A DNA stretch of 64,000 nt, from assembly GCA_027320085.1 (NCBI GenBank), contig DAHVLZ010000038.1, forward strand, positions 64,001 through 128,000, written 5' to 3'. A program made the position numbers and the translations under genes. This DNA is from Pseudomonadota bacterium (GTDB taxonomy: Bacteria; Pseudomonadota; Gammaproteobacteria; JAKAQQ01). Below are positions 35,981 to 45,966 of the stretch, one piece after another. The notes under the pieces are model-generated. The model was not told the origin of the DNA and ran no database searches. It worked only from the letters and a program-made list of their open reading frames with translations. Position 1 is the first letter of the stretch. Every line of letters starts with the position of its first letter.

Positions 35981-38900
35981 GTGCGATTTACCGATCTGTT
36001 TATTCGTCGCCCGGTTCTCGCGACAGCTCTCAACCTGATCGTCCTGATCCTTGGATTGCGGGCATGGACCTCCATGACGGTGGAGGAGTACCCGCCCGTG
36101 ACGAGTACCCTCATCACCGTGACCACGGCTTATCCCGGGGCTGATCCCCGGACGGTCCAGGGTTTCGTGACGGCGCGACTGGAACAGGCCATTGCCCAGG
36201 CCCCCGGCATCGATTACATGACGGCGGTCAGTGCCGAGGGTCTGTCGACCGAAACGGTCTACATGAAGCTCAACTATAACCCCAACGCGGCGGTGGCCCA
36301 GATCCTGTCCAAGGTCCAGCAGGTGCAGAACCAGCTCCCCCCAGGTACCCTCGCGCCCGTCATCAACGAGACGGTGGGTGACCAGACGGCCTTGATTTAC
36401 CTTTCCTTCTACAGCCGGACCCTGAACCAGCAGCAGGTCAATGACTACGTCCTGCGTGTGGCCCAACCCATGATCCAGGGGATGCCGGGGGTGGGTGAGG
36501 CCCAAATCGTTCCGGCCGGGACCGGGCCCAGCGGAAACAGTTTTGTCTTGCGGGCATGGCTCAACCCGAACCGCATGGCGGCGCTCGGCATTTCGCCGTC
36601 CATGGTCTCGGCAGCTCTCGCGGCGAACAATTTCATCAGTACGGTTGGACGAACCAAATCCGGCGGTGTCGCGCAGACCATCAGTGCGGAGACCTCGCTC
36701 AATAACGTGAATGCCTTCAAGCGGCTGGTCGTCGCACGGGTCGGGAACACGCTGATCCACCTGTCCGATGTGGCGCGGGTGGCCCTCGGTGCCCAGAACT
36801 ACAACCAGGCGGTTTATTACAACGGAACCCCGGCCGTTTTCATCGGGGTCTTTCCATCGCCCGGTGCCAACAGCCTGACCGTCGCGCATGGCGTTCACCT
36901 GGCTTTTGCCCGCATGCAGCGGAATCTGCCACCCGGTATTCACGTGGCCATTCCCTACGACGGCAGCCATTTCATTGTCGAATCGATCCACGAGGTCATG
37001 GTCACGATTGCCATCACCCTGGCCATCGTCGTGATGGTGATCTTCCTGTTCTTGGGATCACTCCGCTCGCTGATCATCCCCGCAGTCGCCATTCCGCTTT
37101 CGGTCATCGGTGCCGGTATCTTCATGTCGATTGCCGGATATTCGGTCAACCTGCTGACCCTGCTGGCGGTCGTTCTGGCCATTGGTCTCGTGGTCGATGA
37201 TGCCATCATTGTCGTGGAAAATATTCATCGACTCATGGAATCCGGGCAGTCGGCAAGGGATGCAGCCATTCATGGTGCGCGGGAACTGGCTGCACCGATC
37301 ATCGTCATGGCCACGACCCTGGCGGCCGTGTTTGCACCCATCGGGTTGACCGGAGGACTCACAGGCACCCTGTTTTCCCAGTTTGCCTTTACCTTGGTTT
37401 TTGCGGTGGCGGTCTCGGCCCTCGTGGCCCTGACCCTGTCACCGGTACTGTCTTCCAAAGTCCTGCGTCCGGCAAAAAGCCATGGATTCGCCCACTGGAC
37501 GGATGTCAGCTTTGAGCGAATCCGGAAGGCGTATGTCCGGTCCCTGGAGGCTGTGATCGAGAATCGGGTGTCCTTGATCATCGTGATTCTCGCCATTCTG
37601 ATCGCGATTCCCGTCTTTTTCCTGAATATTCCTTCCGAGCTGGCTCCGACGGAGGACCAGGGACTGCTTTTGGTCTCGGCGACTGCACCGCCGACCGCAA
37701 CCCTGAAGTACCTCAATCACTACGCTACCCAGATCCGTTCCGTTTTCCAGACTTTCCCCGAGACCCGGCAGGTTTTCCAGATCAACGGTGTTTCCTTGAC
37801 CGGAGGTGCTGGCAACAACTCCAGCATCAGCGGAATGAAGCTGGTCAGCTGGAGGAACCGCTCAAAAACACAGATGCAGCTCTTGGCTCCCTTGCAGGCG
37901 AAACTCAACCGACTGACCGGTGTCCAGGCCGCGGCCTTCCAAAAACCCACGCTGCCCGGCTCGCCTACCGGTTTTCCGGTCCAGTTCGTGTTGACCACGA
38001 GCGGGTCCTACCTCACGCTTGACCATCTGGCCTCGGAAATGATCGGCCGGGCCATGCAAAGCCACCGGTTTCTGTTCTTGACCAAAGATCTCCGTTACGA
38101 CAACCCCCAGGTCCGGCTGAAAATCCACCGCAACCTGGCGGCCAGCATGGGCATCACCATGGCGGAGCTGAGCGGCAACCTGAGCCCACTGCTCAGCGGC
38201 AACTACATCAACCGTTTCGATCTGAATGGACGGAGCTACAAGGTGATTCCCCAGGTGTCGGATCGCTATCGGGCTTATCCCCAGATGTTGGGACGTTACT
38301 ACATTCCAACGGGAACGGGCGCGTTGATCCCGCTGTCCACACTGGTTTCAGCACACGCAGTGACCCAACCGGAGTTCCTGCCGCAGTTCCAGCAATTGAA
38401 CTCGGCGACCGTGGAAGGGGTGATGGCACCGGGGGTGACCCTGGGCCAAGCCTTGTCCTACCTGCGAGGCCTGGCCCGTCAGATCTTGCCCCGGGGCTTC
38501 AGTTACGATTATGCCGGACTATCCCGGCAATTCATGCAACAGGGCAATACCTTTCTGATCACCTTTCTTTTGGCTGTGATCTTGGTCTACTTGCTCCTGG
38601 CCATGCAGTTCGAGAGCTTCCGGGATCCGTTGATTGTCATGATCACCGTACCCATGGCAATCTCGGGTGCGCTCGTGTTCATGTACTACGGGGCGGCTAC
38701 GATCAACATCTATACGGAAGTGGGGCTCGTCACCTTGATCGGACTGATCACCAAACAGGGCATCCTGATCGTTCAGTTCGCCAATACGATTCAGGAAAAC
38801 GAGGGGCTCGACCGCATCCGGGCCGTTGTCGAGGCTTCGAGTATCCGCTTGCGTCCGATTCTCATGACCACGGGTGCGATGGTCTTTGGCGCGGTGCCGC

Positions 38901-39052
38901 TGATTTTCGCAGTGGGCCCTGGAGCGGTCAGTCGCTTTGACATGGGGCTGGTCATTGCAGCGGGTCTGGCCATTGGAGCCCTGTTCTCACTCTATGTGGT
39001 CCCTGTGTTCTATTCCTACCTCGCGACCGACAAGTCCCCCGCTGCCGGCTGA
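35981..39052 (+). CDS. RND efflux permease (HAE1/AcrB superfamily)
   Basis: FTDLFIRRPVLA, GLVVDDAIIVVENI, GLITKQGILIV, RLRPILMT proton-relay motifs; about 12 TMs. Confidence 0.96.
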   Translation: MRFTDLFIRRPVLATALNLIVLILGLRAWTSMTVEEYPPVTSTLITVTTAYPGADPRTVQGFVTARLEQAIAQAPGIDYMTAVSAEGLSTETVYMKLNYNPNAAVAQILSKVQQVQNQLPPGTLAPVINETVGDQTALIYLSFYSRTLNQQQVNDYVLRVAQPMIQGMPGVGEAQIVPAGTGPSGNSFVLRAWLNPNRMAALGISPSMVSAALAANNFISTVGRTKSGGVAQTISAETSLNNVNAFKRLVVARVGNTLIHLSDVARVALGAQNYNQAVYYNGTPAVFIGVFPSPGANSLTVAHGVHLAFARMQRNLPPGIHVAIPYDGSHFIVESIHEVMVTIAITLAIVVMVIFLFLGSLRSLIIPAVAIPLSVIGAGIFMSIAGYSVNLLTLLAVVLAIGLVVDDAIIVVENIHRLMESGQSARDAAIHGARELAAPIIVMATTLAAVFAPIGLTGGLTGTLFSQFAFTLVFAVAVSALVALTLSPVLSSKVLRPAKSHGFAHWTDVSFERIRKAYVRSLEAVIENRVSLIIVILAILIAIPVFFLNIPSELAPTEDQGLLLVSATAPPTATLKYLNHYATQIRSVFQTFPETRQVFQINGVSLTGGAGNNSSISGMKLVSWRNRSKTQMQLLAPLQAKLNRLTGVQAAAFQKPTLPGSPTGFPVQFVLTTSGSYLTLDHLASEMIGRAMQSHRFLFLTKDLRYDNPQVRLKIHRNLAASMGITMAELSGNLSPLLSGNYINRFDLNGRSYKVIPQVSDRYRAYPQMLGRYYIPTGTGALIPLSTLVSAHAVTQPEFLPQFQQLNSATVEGVMAPGVTLGQALSYLRGLARQILPRGFSYDYAGLSRQFMQQGNTFLITFLLAVILVYLLLAMQFESFRDPLIVMITVPMAISGALVFMYYGAATINIYTEVGLVTLIGLITKQGILIVQFANTIQENEGLDRIRAVVEASSIRLRPILMTTGAMVFGAVPLIFAVGPGAVSRFDMGLVIAAGLAIGALFSLYVVPVFYSYLATDKSPAAG

Positions 39053-39078
39053 GCAGTGACAAAAGTGGAGGGGCGGGC

Positions 39079-39969
39079 CTATAAAGGGGGGAAATGCCCG
39101 CTCCGGTAGTCGGTGAGAACCTTCTCCATTTCCTCCCGCGTGTTCGTTACAAAAGGCCCGTACTGGATGATCGGTTCATGGAGCGGTTGCCCGGTCATGA
39201 ACAAGGCTCGGGCTCCGGCGGGACCGGCCAGGCAGGCGACAGCCGGGCCGGGAGCCGTGATGATGAGGACGGACGGCATGGCCCACTGTGAGGGGGGGTG
39301 GGTTCCCACCGCAAGACTTCCCTCATACGGGTAAAGCAGGACCCGTGCAGAGGGTCCGACCGAGCAGGCAAAGATCGATCCCGGTTCGAGTGCAACGTCC
39401 GCGATGCAAGGTTCCGTGACCGGAGAAGACAGCGGTCCCTCAAGGGTCCGTTCCTGCCACGAGATCCGGCCGGAGAGCAGGCGGAGCCGGCAGCCCGGAC
39501 CCCATTCGCGGGTCGGGATCTCCGCTTGCCCAAGATCCCGGTAACTGGCTTTCACCCGCTTTCTGGATTGCGGCAAATTGATCCAGAGCTGGAATCCCCG
39601 CAGTCGACCTTCCTTCTGCAACGGCATTTCGGAATGCACGATCCCCTGGCCCGCCGTCATCCATTGCGCACCCCCGGCCTCGAGCGTTCCTTGGTGACCC
39701 AGGTGATCCTCGTGGCGGAGTCGGCCCTCCAGTAGGTAGGTCACGGTCTCAAAGCCACAGTGCGGATGCGAGGGGAAGCCGGCAATATACTCTTGCGGTT
39801 GGTCGGTTCCGAACTCGTCGAGCATCAGGAAGGGATCCTGGTAAAGTCCGGAACGCTGGCCAATACTGCGGCGAATCCGGACGCCGGCGCCATCCCACGT
39901 TTCAATCGAGGGTAGCAATCCGGCGATTGTCCGAAGCGGAGAAGCCGGGTTTTCAGGCTCTTGAGTCAT
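39079..39969 (-). CDS. Pirin family protein
   Basis: DPFLMLDEF, GFPSHPHCGFETVTY, WMTAGQGIVHSEMP, QLWINLP, GPFV. Confidence 0.94.
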   Translation of the reverse strand: MTQEPENPASPLRTIAGLLPSIETWDGAGVRIRRSIGQRSGLYQDPFLMLDEFGTDQPQEYIAGFPSHPHCGFETVTYLLEGRLRHEDHLGHQGTLEAGGAQWMTAGQGIVHSEMPLQKEGRLRGFQLWINLPQSRKRVKASYRDLGQAEIPTREWGPGCRLRLLSGRISWQERTLEGPLSSPVTEPCIADVALEPGSIFACSVGPSARVLLYPYEGSLAVGTHPPSQWAMPSVLIITAPGPAVACLAGPAGARALFMTGQPLHEPIIQYGPFVTNTREEMEKVLTDYRSGHFPPL

Positions 39970-40093
39970 GTCCTATCTTAGGGGATTGCCCAAAAAGACG
40001 CACCCCGGGGGCCGGATGGATACTTCCAGGCTGGGCATCAGGTAAAATTTACGGACCCTCCGCAACCTTTCCACCGCGAAACGGGATGGTGTC

Positions 40094-41413
40094 ATGCGCC
40101 TCGACCTTAGGGGAGAAAAAATCGGTGTGCTACCCGGAGGCCGCCTCCAGGTTCCCGCGTTCCCACGCATCCCGTTCATTGAAGGTGACGGGATTGGTTC
40201 TGACATCGGTCCCGTCTGCCGTAAAACGGTCGATGCGGCAGTCTTCGGGGCCTATGGTGACTCCCGTCGGCTGGTCTGGCACGAGGTGTTGGCTGGCGAG
40301 CGCGCCCGCCGACAAGACCCGAAAGGCAATCCGCTGCCATCCTCCACACTGGAGACCTTGCGGGACGAGGTCGTTTCGATCAAGGGACCGCTTGCGACTC
40401 CGGTCGGGGAGGGCTGGCGATCCCTCAATGTCACCATTCGGCAGGTGCTTGATCTCTACGCCTGCGTGAGACCCATCCGTTATTTCCCCGGCGTGGCGAC
40501 GCCGATGCGCCACCCGGAATCCGTCGACATGATCGTGTTCCGGGAAAATACGGAAGATATCTATACGGGCATCGAATGGCCCGCGGAAAGTGATTCGGTC
40601 AAGACACTCTTGGATTTCCTGGAAAAAACCATGGGTGTGCCCCGCCCCCAGTTTGCGGGGAGCCTGGCCCTCGGTCTCAAGCCCGTATCCCGGGAAGGAT
40701 CGGAACGGCTCATCCGGAAAGCGGTCCGGGAAGCGCTACTACACGGACGACGGTCGGTGACCTTGGTGCACAAGGGCAACATCATGAAATATACCGAAGG
40801 AGGTTTCTGCCGCTGGGGATACGATCTTGCGGTGCGCGAATTCGGGGCAGAACCGCGTTCCGGAACCCGGGGGCTGTGGATTCCCCATCCGGACGGGGGT
40901 TCTCCCGTTCATTTCCAAGATCTGATTGCGGACAACTTCTTCCAGCAGGCGCTTTTGAATCCGGGACAGTATGACGTGATTGCCACACTCAACCTCAACG
41001 GAGACTATCTATCGGATGCGCTCGCCGCTCAGGTCGGTGGAATCGGAATTGCCCCGGGTGCGAATATCGGGGATGGGGTTGCAGTTTTTGAGGCGACCCA
41101 TGGTACGGCACCCGATCTGACCGGCACCGATACGGCCAATCCCTGTTCGCTTTTGCTCTCGGCGGAGATGCTGTTACGCCACATCGGCTGGAACGAGGCC
41201 GCGGACCGCCTGATGCGTGGGATCCAGGGTGCCCTCGCTCATGGTTTCTGGACGCCGGATTTGATTCATGGTGCCCGTGCCCTGAGGGAAGCAGAAGCTT
41301 CACCTGCCGGGATCAGTCAATCGGAGACCGGATTTCCAATCCATCCGGTGGGAACCCGGGGTCTCGGAGAGGCCGTCAGCCTTTATATGGACGTCCAAGA
41401 AAAGCTCGAGTAA
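40094..41413 (+). CDS. icd: Homodimeric type I isocitrate dehydrogenase, NAD+-type coenzyme signature
   Basis: IEGDGIG, KGPLATPVGEGWRSLNV, FRENTEDIY, VHKGNIMK, NLNGDYLSD, EATHGTAPDL. Confidence 0.95.
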   Translation: MRLDLRGEKIGVLPGGRLQVPAFPRIPFIEGDGIGSDIGPVCRKTVDAAVFGAYGDSRRLVWHEVLAGERARRQDPKGNPLPSSTLETLRDEVVSIKGPLATPVGEGWRSLNVTIRQVLDLYACVRPIRYFPGVATPMRHPESVDMIVFRENTEDIYTGIEWPAESDSVKTLLDFLEKTMGVPRPQFAGSLALGLKPVSREGSERLIRKAVREALLHGRRSVTLVHKGNIMKYTEGGFCRWGYDLAVREFGAEPRSGTRGLWIPHPDGGSPVHFQDLIADNFFQQALLNPGQYDVIATLNLNGDYLSDALAAQVGGIGIAPGANIGDGVAVFEATHGTAPDLTGTDTANPCSLLLSAEMLLRHIGWNEAADRLMRGIQGALAHGFWTPDLIHGARALREAEASPAGISQSETGFPIHPVGTRGLGEAVSLYMDVQEKLE

Positions 41414-41441
41414 GGTAGAGCCAGGCCGTTCGGGGTGACCC

Positions 41442-42116
41442 ATGATTTCAACCCGTGTTCTTTTGATTGATGATCAGCAGCTCATCCGGGCGGGTGTCCG
41501 CCGGATTCTCGGCGAATGCGATGAAATCGAGGTCGTGGGGGAGGCTGCGACGGGGGAGGAAGGCCTGGTTCTCGCGAAAAAACTAAGGCCTGATGTGGTG
41601 CTGATGGATATCCACATGCCCGGTATGGGAGGACTCGAAGCGACCCGGAGGCTCCGGATGCTGGAAAACCCACCCGCCGTGATCGCGCTTTCCGTTTCGG
41701 GACAGGAACCCTATCCAAGCCACCTCTTGGCTGCTGGCGCGGGAGGGTATCTCAGCAAGGATTGCGCATCCGATGAGGTGGTGGAGGCCGTTCTGGCCGT
41801 TCGGTCGGGCAAGCGTTATATCAGTCGGGATGTGGCAAAGGACTACGCCCTCACCCATGCAGTGGGTGACCCGACCGGCAGTCCCACACCCAGCCTGAGC
41901 AGCCGCGAAACGGAGATTCTCACTCTGACCTGCCAGGGGCGCAACGCCAAGGATATTGGTAACCTCCTGCATATCAGCCCGGGGACGGTTCGCACCTACC
42001 GGCACCGGATTTATGAAAAGCTCGGTGTCCGGACACCCGTGGAACTTCTGCGTGAAGCGTGGAACCATGGGCTGATTCCGGAAGAATCCGGCGCCGAACT
42101 CCCGCCGGCCCGCTGA
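41442..42116 (+). CDS. uvrY: NarL/LuxR-family response regulator (UvrY/GacA-like)
   Basis: REC domain (LIDD, LMDIHMPGMGGLEATR, GYLSK) plus LuxR HTH (TVRTYRHRIYEKLGV); upstream of uvrC-pgsA. Confidence 0.82.
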   Translation: MISTRVLLIDDQQLIRAGVRRILGECDEIEVVGEAATGEEGLVLAKKLRPDVVLMDIHMPGMGGLEATRRLRMLENPPAVIALSVSGQEPYPSHLLAAGAGGYLSKDCASDEVVEAVLAVRSGKRYISRDVAKDYALTHAVGDPTGSPTPSLSSRETEILTLTCQGRNAKDIGNLLHISPGTVRTYRHRIYEKLGVRTPVELLREAWNHGLIPEESGAELPPAR

Positions 42117-42117
42117 C

Positions 42118-43551
42118 ATGCCTTTTCTTGAAGAGCGCACCCGGGCCCCGGATTTCCCTGCGGACGGCGTCTGGTTCAACGTGGCGGACCCACTCCGTTT
42201 TGATGATTGCCGGGGGCGGGTGGTCCTCCTCGATTTTTGGACCTACTGCTGCATCAACTGCCTGCATGTCCTGCCCGACCTGCGTTTCCTGGAAACCCGA
42301 TACGGCGATCGTCTGTTGGTCATCGGGGTCCACTCGCCGAAGTTCACCCAGGAAAAGAAGGATGAGCAGGTGCGGTTAGCGCTCCAGCGTTATGACATCC
42401 GTCATCCGGTCATTCACGATGCCTCCATGCATCTGTGGCAGGCCTATGGCATCCGTGCCTGGCCTACCCTGGTGCTTCTGGATCATCAAGGCCGGGTGGC
42501 GTTTGCCACCTCGGGGGAGGGGCAACGGGGCGCGCTTGTGGAGGCCATCGACCGTCTCCTGTCCGAGGCGAGGGAGAACCCGGCCCGTGATTTCGCGCTT
42601 CCGGAAACCCCGTCGCCAGCGGGAATTCCACTGAGCTTTCCGACCAAGTTGGCCTGGGGCGCGGATTGTCTGTGGATTGCCGACACGGGACACCACCAGG
42701 TCGTGTCGGTCGATGTTTCAGGAACCGAGACCAGCCGCTGGGGGAGTGGACAGGCCGGACTATCTGACGGAACGGGAGATTCCGCCTGTTTCAATGAACC
42801 ACGCGGGCTCGCCGTCGATCAAAAGACCATTTGGGTTGCGGATACCGCAAATCATGCCGTGCGGATCCTTGAGTTGCGAGAAGGCAAGGTTCGGACCGTC
42901 CTTGGCGACGGAACCCAGGCGCGGGACCGGTTCAGGCCCGGCGTCTCCCGACCGCTGCCCCACGGGATGCACCTCAACTCCCCCTGGGACCTCACGATCC
43001 GGGACCAGGTGCTTTACCTGGCCATGGCCGGATCCCACCAGATCTGGACGTACGATCCCATTCAGGGATCCGGTGGGGTTCTGGCCGGGACGGGTCAGGA
43101 AGCCCTGGTCGATGGTTCCTACGACGATGCTGCGTTTGCCCAGCCCTCGGGTCTTGGCGGGGGTGCCGACGACCGGCTGTATGTGGCCGACTCGGAGAGC
43201 TCGGCGATTCGGGCTCTGGAGATGGCGCGCCGGGAAGTGACAACCTTGGTTGGGCATGGACTTTTTGACTTTGGTGACCGCAACGGCAGTCTCCGGGCGG
43301 CCCGCCTGCAGCATCCCCTGGCCGTGACCCAGGTCGGCACCGAACTCTGGATTGCCGATTCCTACAACTCGAAGATCAAGATCCTGGATTTGGACAAGGG
43401 GAAAATTCATAACCTGCCCTTGGACGAATCACTGAATGAGCCGGAGGGAATCCTGGCCACGCCGTGGGGGGTTTTTGTGGCCGACACCAATCACCACCGT
43501 GTTTTGCGGGTGGACCCGGAACGGTATTCCGTCAACTTGTTTTATGGCTGA
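42118..43551 (+). CDS. Thioredoxin-like domain + NHL beta-propeller protein (NHLRC2/SOQ1-like)
   Basis: LDFWTYCCINC, GVHSPKF, RAWPTLV; NHL repeats WIADTGHH, WVADTANH, AMAGSHQIW, YVADSESSAIR, LQHPLAV, IADSYN, VADTNHH. Confidence 0.9.
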   Translation: MPFLEERTRAPDFPADGVWFNVADPLRFDDCRGRVVLLDFWTYCCINCLHVLPDLRFLETRYGDRLLVIGVHSPKFTQEKKDEQVRLALQRYDIRHPVIHDASMHLWQAYGIRAWPTLVLLDHQGRVAFATSGEGQRGALVEAIDRLLSEARENPARDFALPETPSPAGIPLSFPTKLAWGADCLWIADTGHHQVVSVDVSGTETSRWGSGQAGLSDGTGDSACFNEPRGLAVDQKTIWVADTANHAVRILELREGKVRTVLGDGTQARDRFRPGVSRPLPHGMHLNSPWDLTIRDQVLYLAMAGSHQIWTYDPIQGSGGVLAGTGQEALVDGSYDDAAFAQPSGLGGGADDRLYVADSESSAIRALEMARREVTTLVGHGLFDFGDRNGSLRAARLQHPLAVTQVGTELWIADSYNSKIKILDLDKGKIHNLPLDESLNEPEGILATPWGVFVADTNHHRVLRVDPERYSVNLFYG

Positions 43552-45415
43552 AAGAAGCATGGGCAACAAAGAGGTCGCTCCGGGGAGGAGTCGCCCATCC
43601 CCCGTGCGTGAAGTGATGGCCGGTGCTCCTCAGGCACCCGGGGTATACCGGATGTACGGTCAACAGGGCGCTCTCCTCTACGTGGGCAAGGCCAAAAGCC
43701 TGCGCCAGCGTCTCAAAAGCTACCTGGATCCCGTGCATGCGGGGATCAAGACCCGGAGAATGTTGGAACAGGTGACGGAAATTGATTTTACCGTAACGCC
43801 GTCAGAGGTCGAGGCCCTTTTGCTCGAAAGCAATCTGATCAAGCATGCACGGCCGCGCTACAACATCGTGCTCCGCGACGACAAAAGTTATCCCTATATC
43901 CGCGTCGAAGACAGCCTGGGCTTCCCCCGTCTGGTCTTCCACCGGGGCCGACAACCCCCGGGGGGACGACTGTTCGGACCTTACCCGGATGCCGGAACGG
44001 TCCGGAAGACCCTGGTTGACCTGCAAAAGCTCTTCCACCTCCGTAACTGCACGGACCTGTTTTTCAGGAACCGAAAACGGCCCTGCCTGCAGCATCAGAT
44101 TGGCCGCTGTTCGGCTCCCTGCGTGGGACGTATCAGCGAAACGGATTACCGGCGGGACTTCAATGATACCTTGGAGGTACTGGAAGGGCGAAGTCGCAAT
44201 CTGTTGGACCATCTGTATGCCCGCATGGAGGACAGCGCCGAGTCTTTGGACTATGAGCGGGCATCCGCCTTCCGTGACCTGATTGCCCGCTTGCGTCAGA
44301 CACGCGAACAGGACGCCATTGTCCTGGAGGCGGGTGATGTCGATACGATCCTCCTGGAAATACGGGAAAACTTGTGTGGTGTCGGTGTCACCCGGATTCG
44401 GGAAGGGAAAAACCTGGGGACTTGGTGTTTTTTCCCGGTGGTGGAGGGACCCGTCGAGCCCGTGGATTTGCTCACCGGCTTTTTGATGCAGTTTTACGAT
44501 GAGGATGTGCCGGACCGCATCCTGGTGGAGATTCCGCTCGAGCCGGACGAGGGGCGGCTCATGGAGGAGGTCTTGGGTAAACGTTCGGGCCACCGGGTAC
44601 AACTGAGCCTGCCCAAGACCCATCCTGCCCATCTCTGGACCGACATGACCCGGCAGAATCTCAAGCTGGCGCTGGATCGCCGTGCCGCAGGTCACGTTCT
44701 CCTCCAGGAACGTTTCCAGGCTCTGTCTGAGCGTTTGGGAACCGCAGAGCCGATCCAGCGGATGGCGGGATTTGATGTCAGTCACACCCTCGGAGAAGAG
44801 ACGGTCGCGAGTTGTGTGGTGTTCGAATCCCGGGGTCCGGTGAAATCGGATTATCGGCGCTTTGTCATCCGATCCCGGACCGCGGGGGATGATTATGCAG
44901 CTCTCGATGAGGCCCTCCACCGCTACTTCTCCCGTCTGGTGCGCGAGTCCGGGCCCTGGCCAGACGTGCTTCTGATCGACGGTGGCGTGGGTCAGTTGCG
45001 GATTGCGGAACAGTGCCTGGCCGAATTGGGGACCCCGGACCTTACGGTACTGGCGCTCGCCAAGGGTCCCGAACGACGGGTTGGAGCAGAACGGATTCTC
45101 CGACAGGGTGGGGGAGGCGAAGAACGATGGGAACCACATGACCCGGCTTTTCATCTCTTGCAGCAAGTCCGCGACGAATCCCACCGTTTTGCCATTGAGG
45201 GACACCGGCAGCGGCGGAGAATGAAAGGGATCCGTTCTTCGCTGGCGGATATTCCGGGGCTTGGACCCAAAAGACGGGGACTCCTGCTCGCAGCCTTTGG
45301 AGGCTTGGGAGGACTGAAGACCGCAACCGAGGTCGAGATTGCGCAGGTGCCAGGCATCGGGGGATCTTTGGCCCAGCGGATTTTCCAGCATTTTCATGAG
45401 AGGAACCCGTCATGA
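43544..45415 (+). CDS. uvrC: Excinuclease ABC subunit C
   Basis: GIY-YIG (PGVYRM, YVGKAKSL), LRDDKSYPY, Cys cluster, FDVSH, DDY, LIDGG, RDESHRFA, HhH repeats; start 43544 or 43559. Confidence 0.97.
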   Translation: MAERSMGNKEVAPGRSRPSPVREVMAGAPQAPGVYRMYGQQGALLYVGKAKSLRQRLKSYLDPVHAGIKTRRMLEQVTEIDFTVTPSEVEALLLESNLIKHARPRYNIVLRDDKSYPYIRVEDSLGFPRLVFHRGRQPPGGRLFGPYPDAGTVRKTLVDLQKLFHLRNCTDLFFRNRKRPCLQHQIGRCSAPCVGRISETDYRRDFNDTLEVLEGRSRNLLDHLYARMEDSAESLDYERASAFRDLIARLRQTREQDAIVLEAGDVDTILLEIRENLCGVGVTRIREGKNLGTWCFFPVVEGPVEPVDLLTGFLMQFYDEDVPDRILVEIPLEPDEGRLMEEVLGKRSGHRVQLSLPKTHPAHLWTDMTRQNLKLALDRRAAGHVLLQERFQALSERLGTAEPIQRMAGFDVSHTLGEETVASCVVFESRGPVKSDYRRFVIRSRTAGDDYAALDEALHRYFSRLVRESGPWPDVLLIDGGVGQLRIAEQCLAELGTPDLTVLALAKGPERRVGAERILRQGGGGEERWEPHDPAFHLLQQVRDESHRFAIEGHRQRRRMKGIRSSLADIPGLGPKRRGLLLAAFGGLGGLKTATEVEIAQVPGIGGSLAQRIFQHFHERNPS

Positions 45416-45966
45416 AACTTCCCAATGGGCTGACTTTGTTGCGGATCGTCCTCATCCCGGCGTTCGTGGCCGCCTTCTGGCTTCCCGTGCCCTCTGCCCA
45501 TCTCTGGGCAGCCCTGATTTTTGCCTTGGCGGCACTGACCGACTGGTTGGATGGGTACCTGGCGAGGCGTCTTGCGCAAAACAGCAGTTTTGGCGCGCTT
45601 TTTGATCCGATCGCCGACAAGATGATGGTCTCTGCGGCGCTCTTGCTCCTTGTCCAGGAATTTCCAGACTGGTGGCTCGTGCTTCCTGCGCTCATTATCA
45701 TCGGACGCGAGTTTACCGTTTCCGGGCTGCGCGAATGGTTGGCCGCCAGCCGAGATCGCGTCCAGATCCCTGTCAAACCACTCGGCAAAATCAAAACCGG
45801 GGCACAGATGCTTGCGATCGTGATCCTCCTGGCCGTGAGTCCCGTCTGGCGTTCCATGGGTCTTCCGATCGGTCTCGGTCTGCTCGATTTGGCGGCCCTG
45901 TTCACGATTTTCTCGGGTCTGGAATATTTGTGGACGGCTTGGCCTTCAATCCGGAAGGGTTTTTAG
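45412..45966 (+). CDS. pgsA: CDP-diacylglycerol--glycerol-3-phosphate 3-phosphatidyltransferase
   Basis: PNGLTLLRI, TDWLDGYLAR...FGALFDPIADK, GREFTVSGLREW, GKIKT. Confidence 0.97.
   Translation: MKLPNGLTLLRIVLIPAFVAAFWLPVPSAHLWAALIFALAALTDWLDGYLARRLAQNSSFGALFDPIADKMMVSAALLLLVQEFPDWWLVLPALIIIGREFTVSGLREWLAASRDRVQIPVKPLGKIKTGAQMLAIVILLAVSPVWRSMGLPIGLGLLDLAALFTIFSGLEYLWTAWPSIRKGF

Noticed and set aside
34871-36991. 706-aa minus-strand ORF
   Set aside because: Antisense shadow of the RND adaptor and permease genes; no motifs; expected in GC-rich coding DNA
39755-39775. Pirin HPHCG instead of HPHRG
   Set aside because: Single substitution; the His/His/His/Glu metal ligands are retained, so it is too weak to call
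43802-45397. 531-aa minus-strand ORF
   Set aside because: Antisense shadow of uvrC
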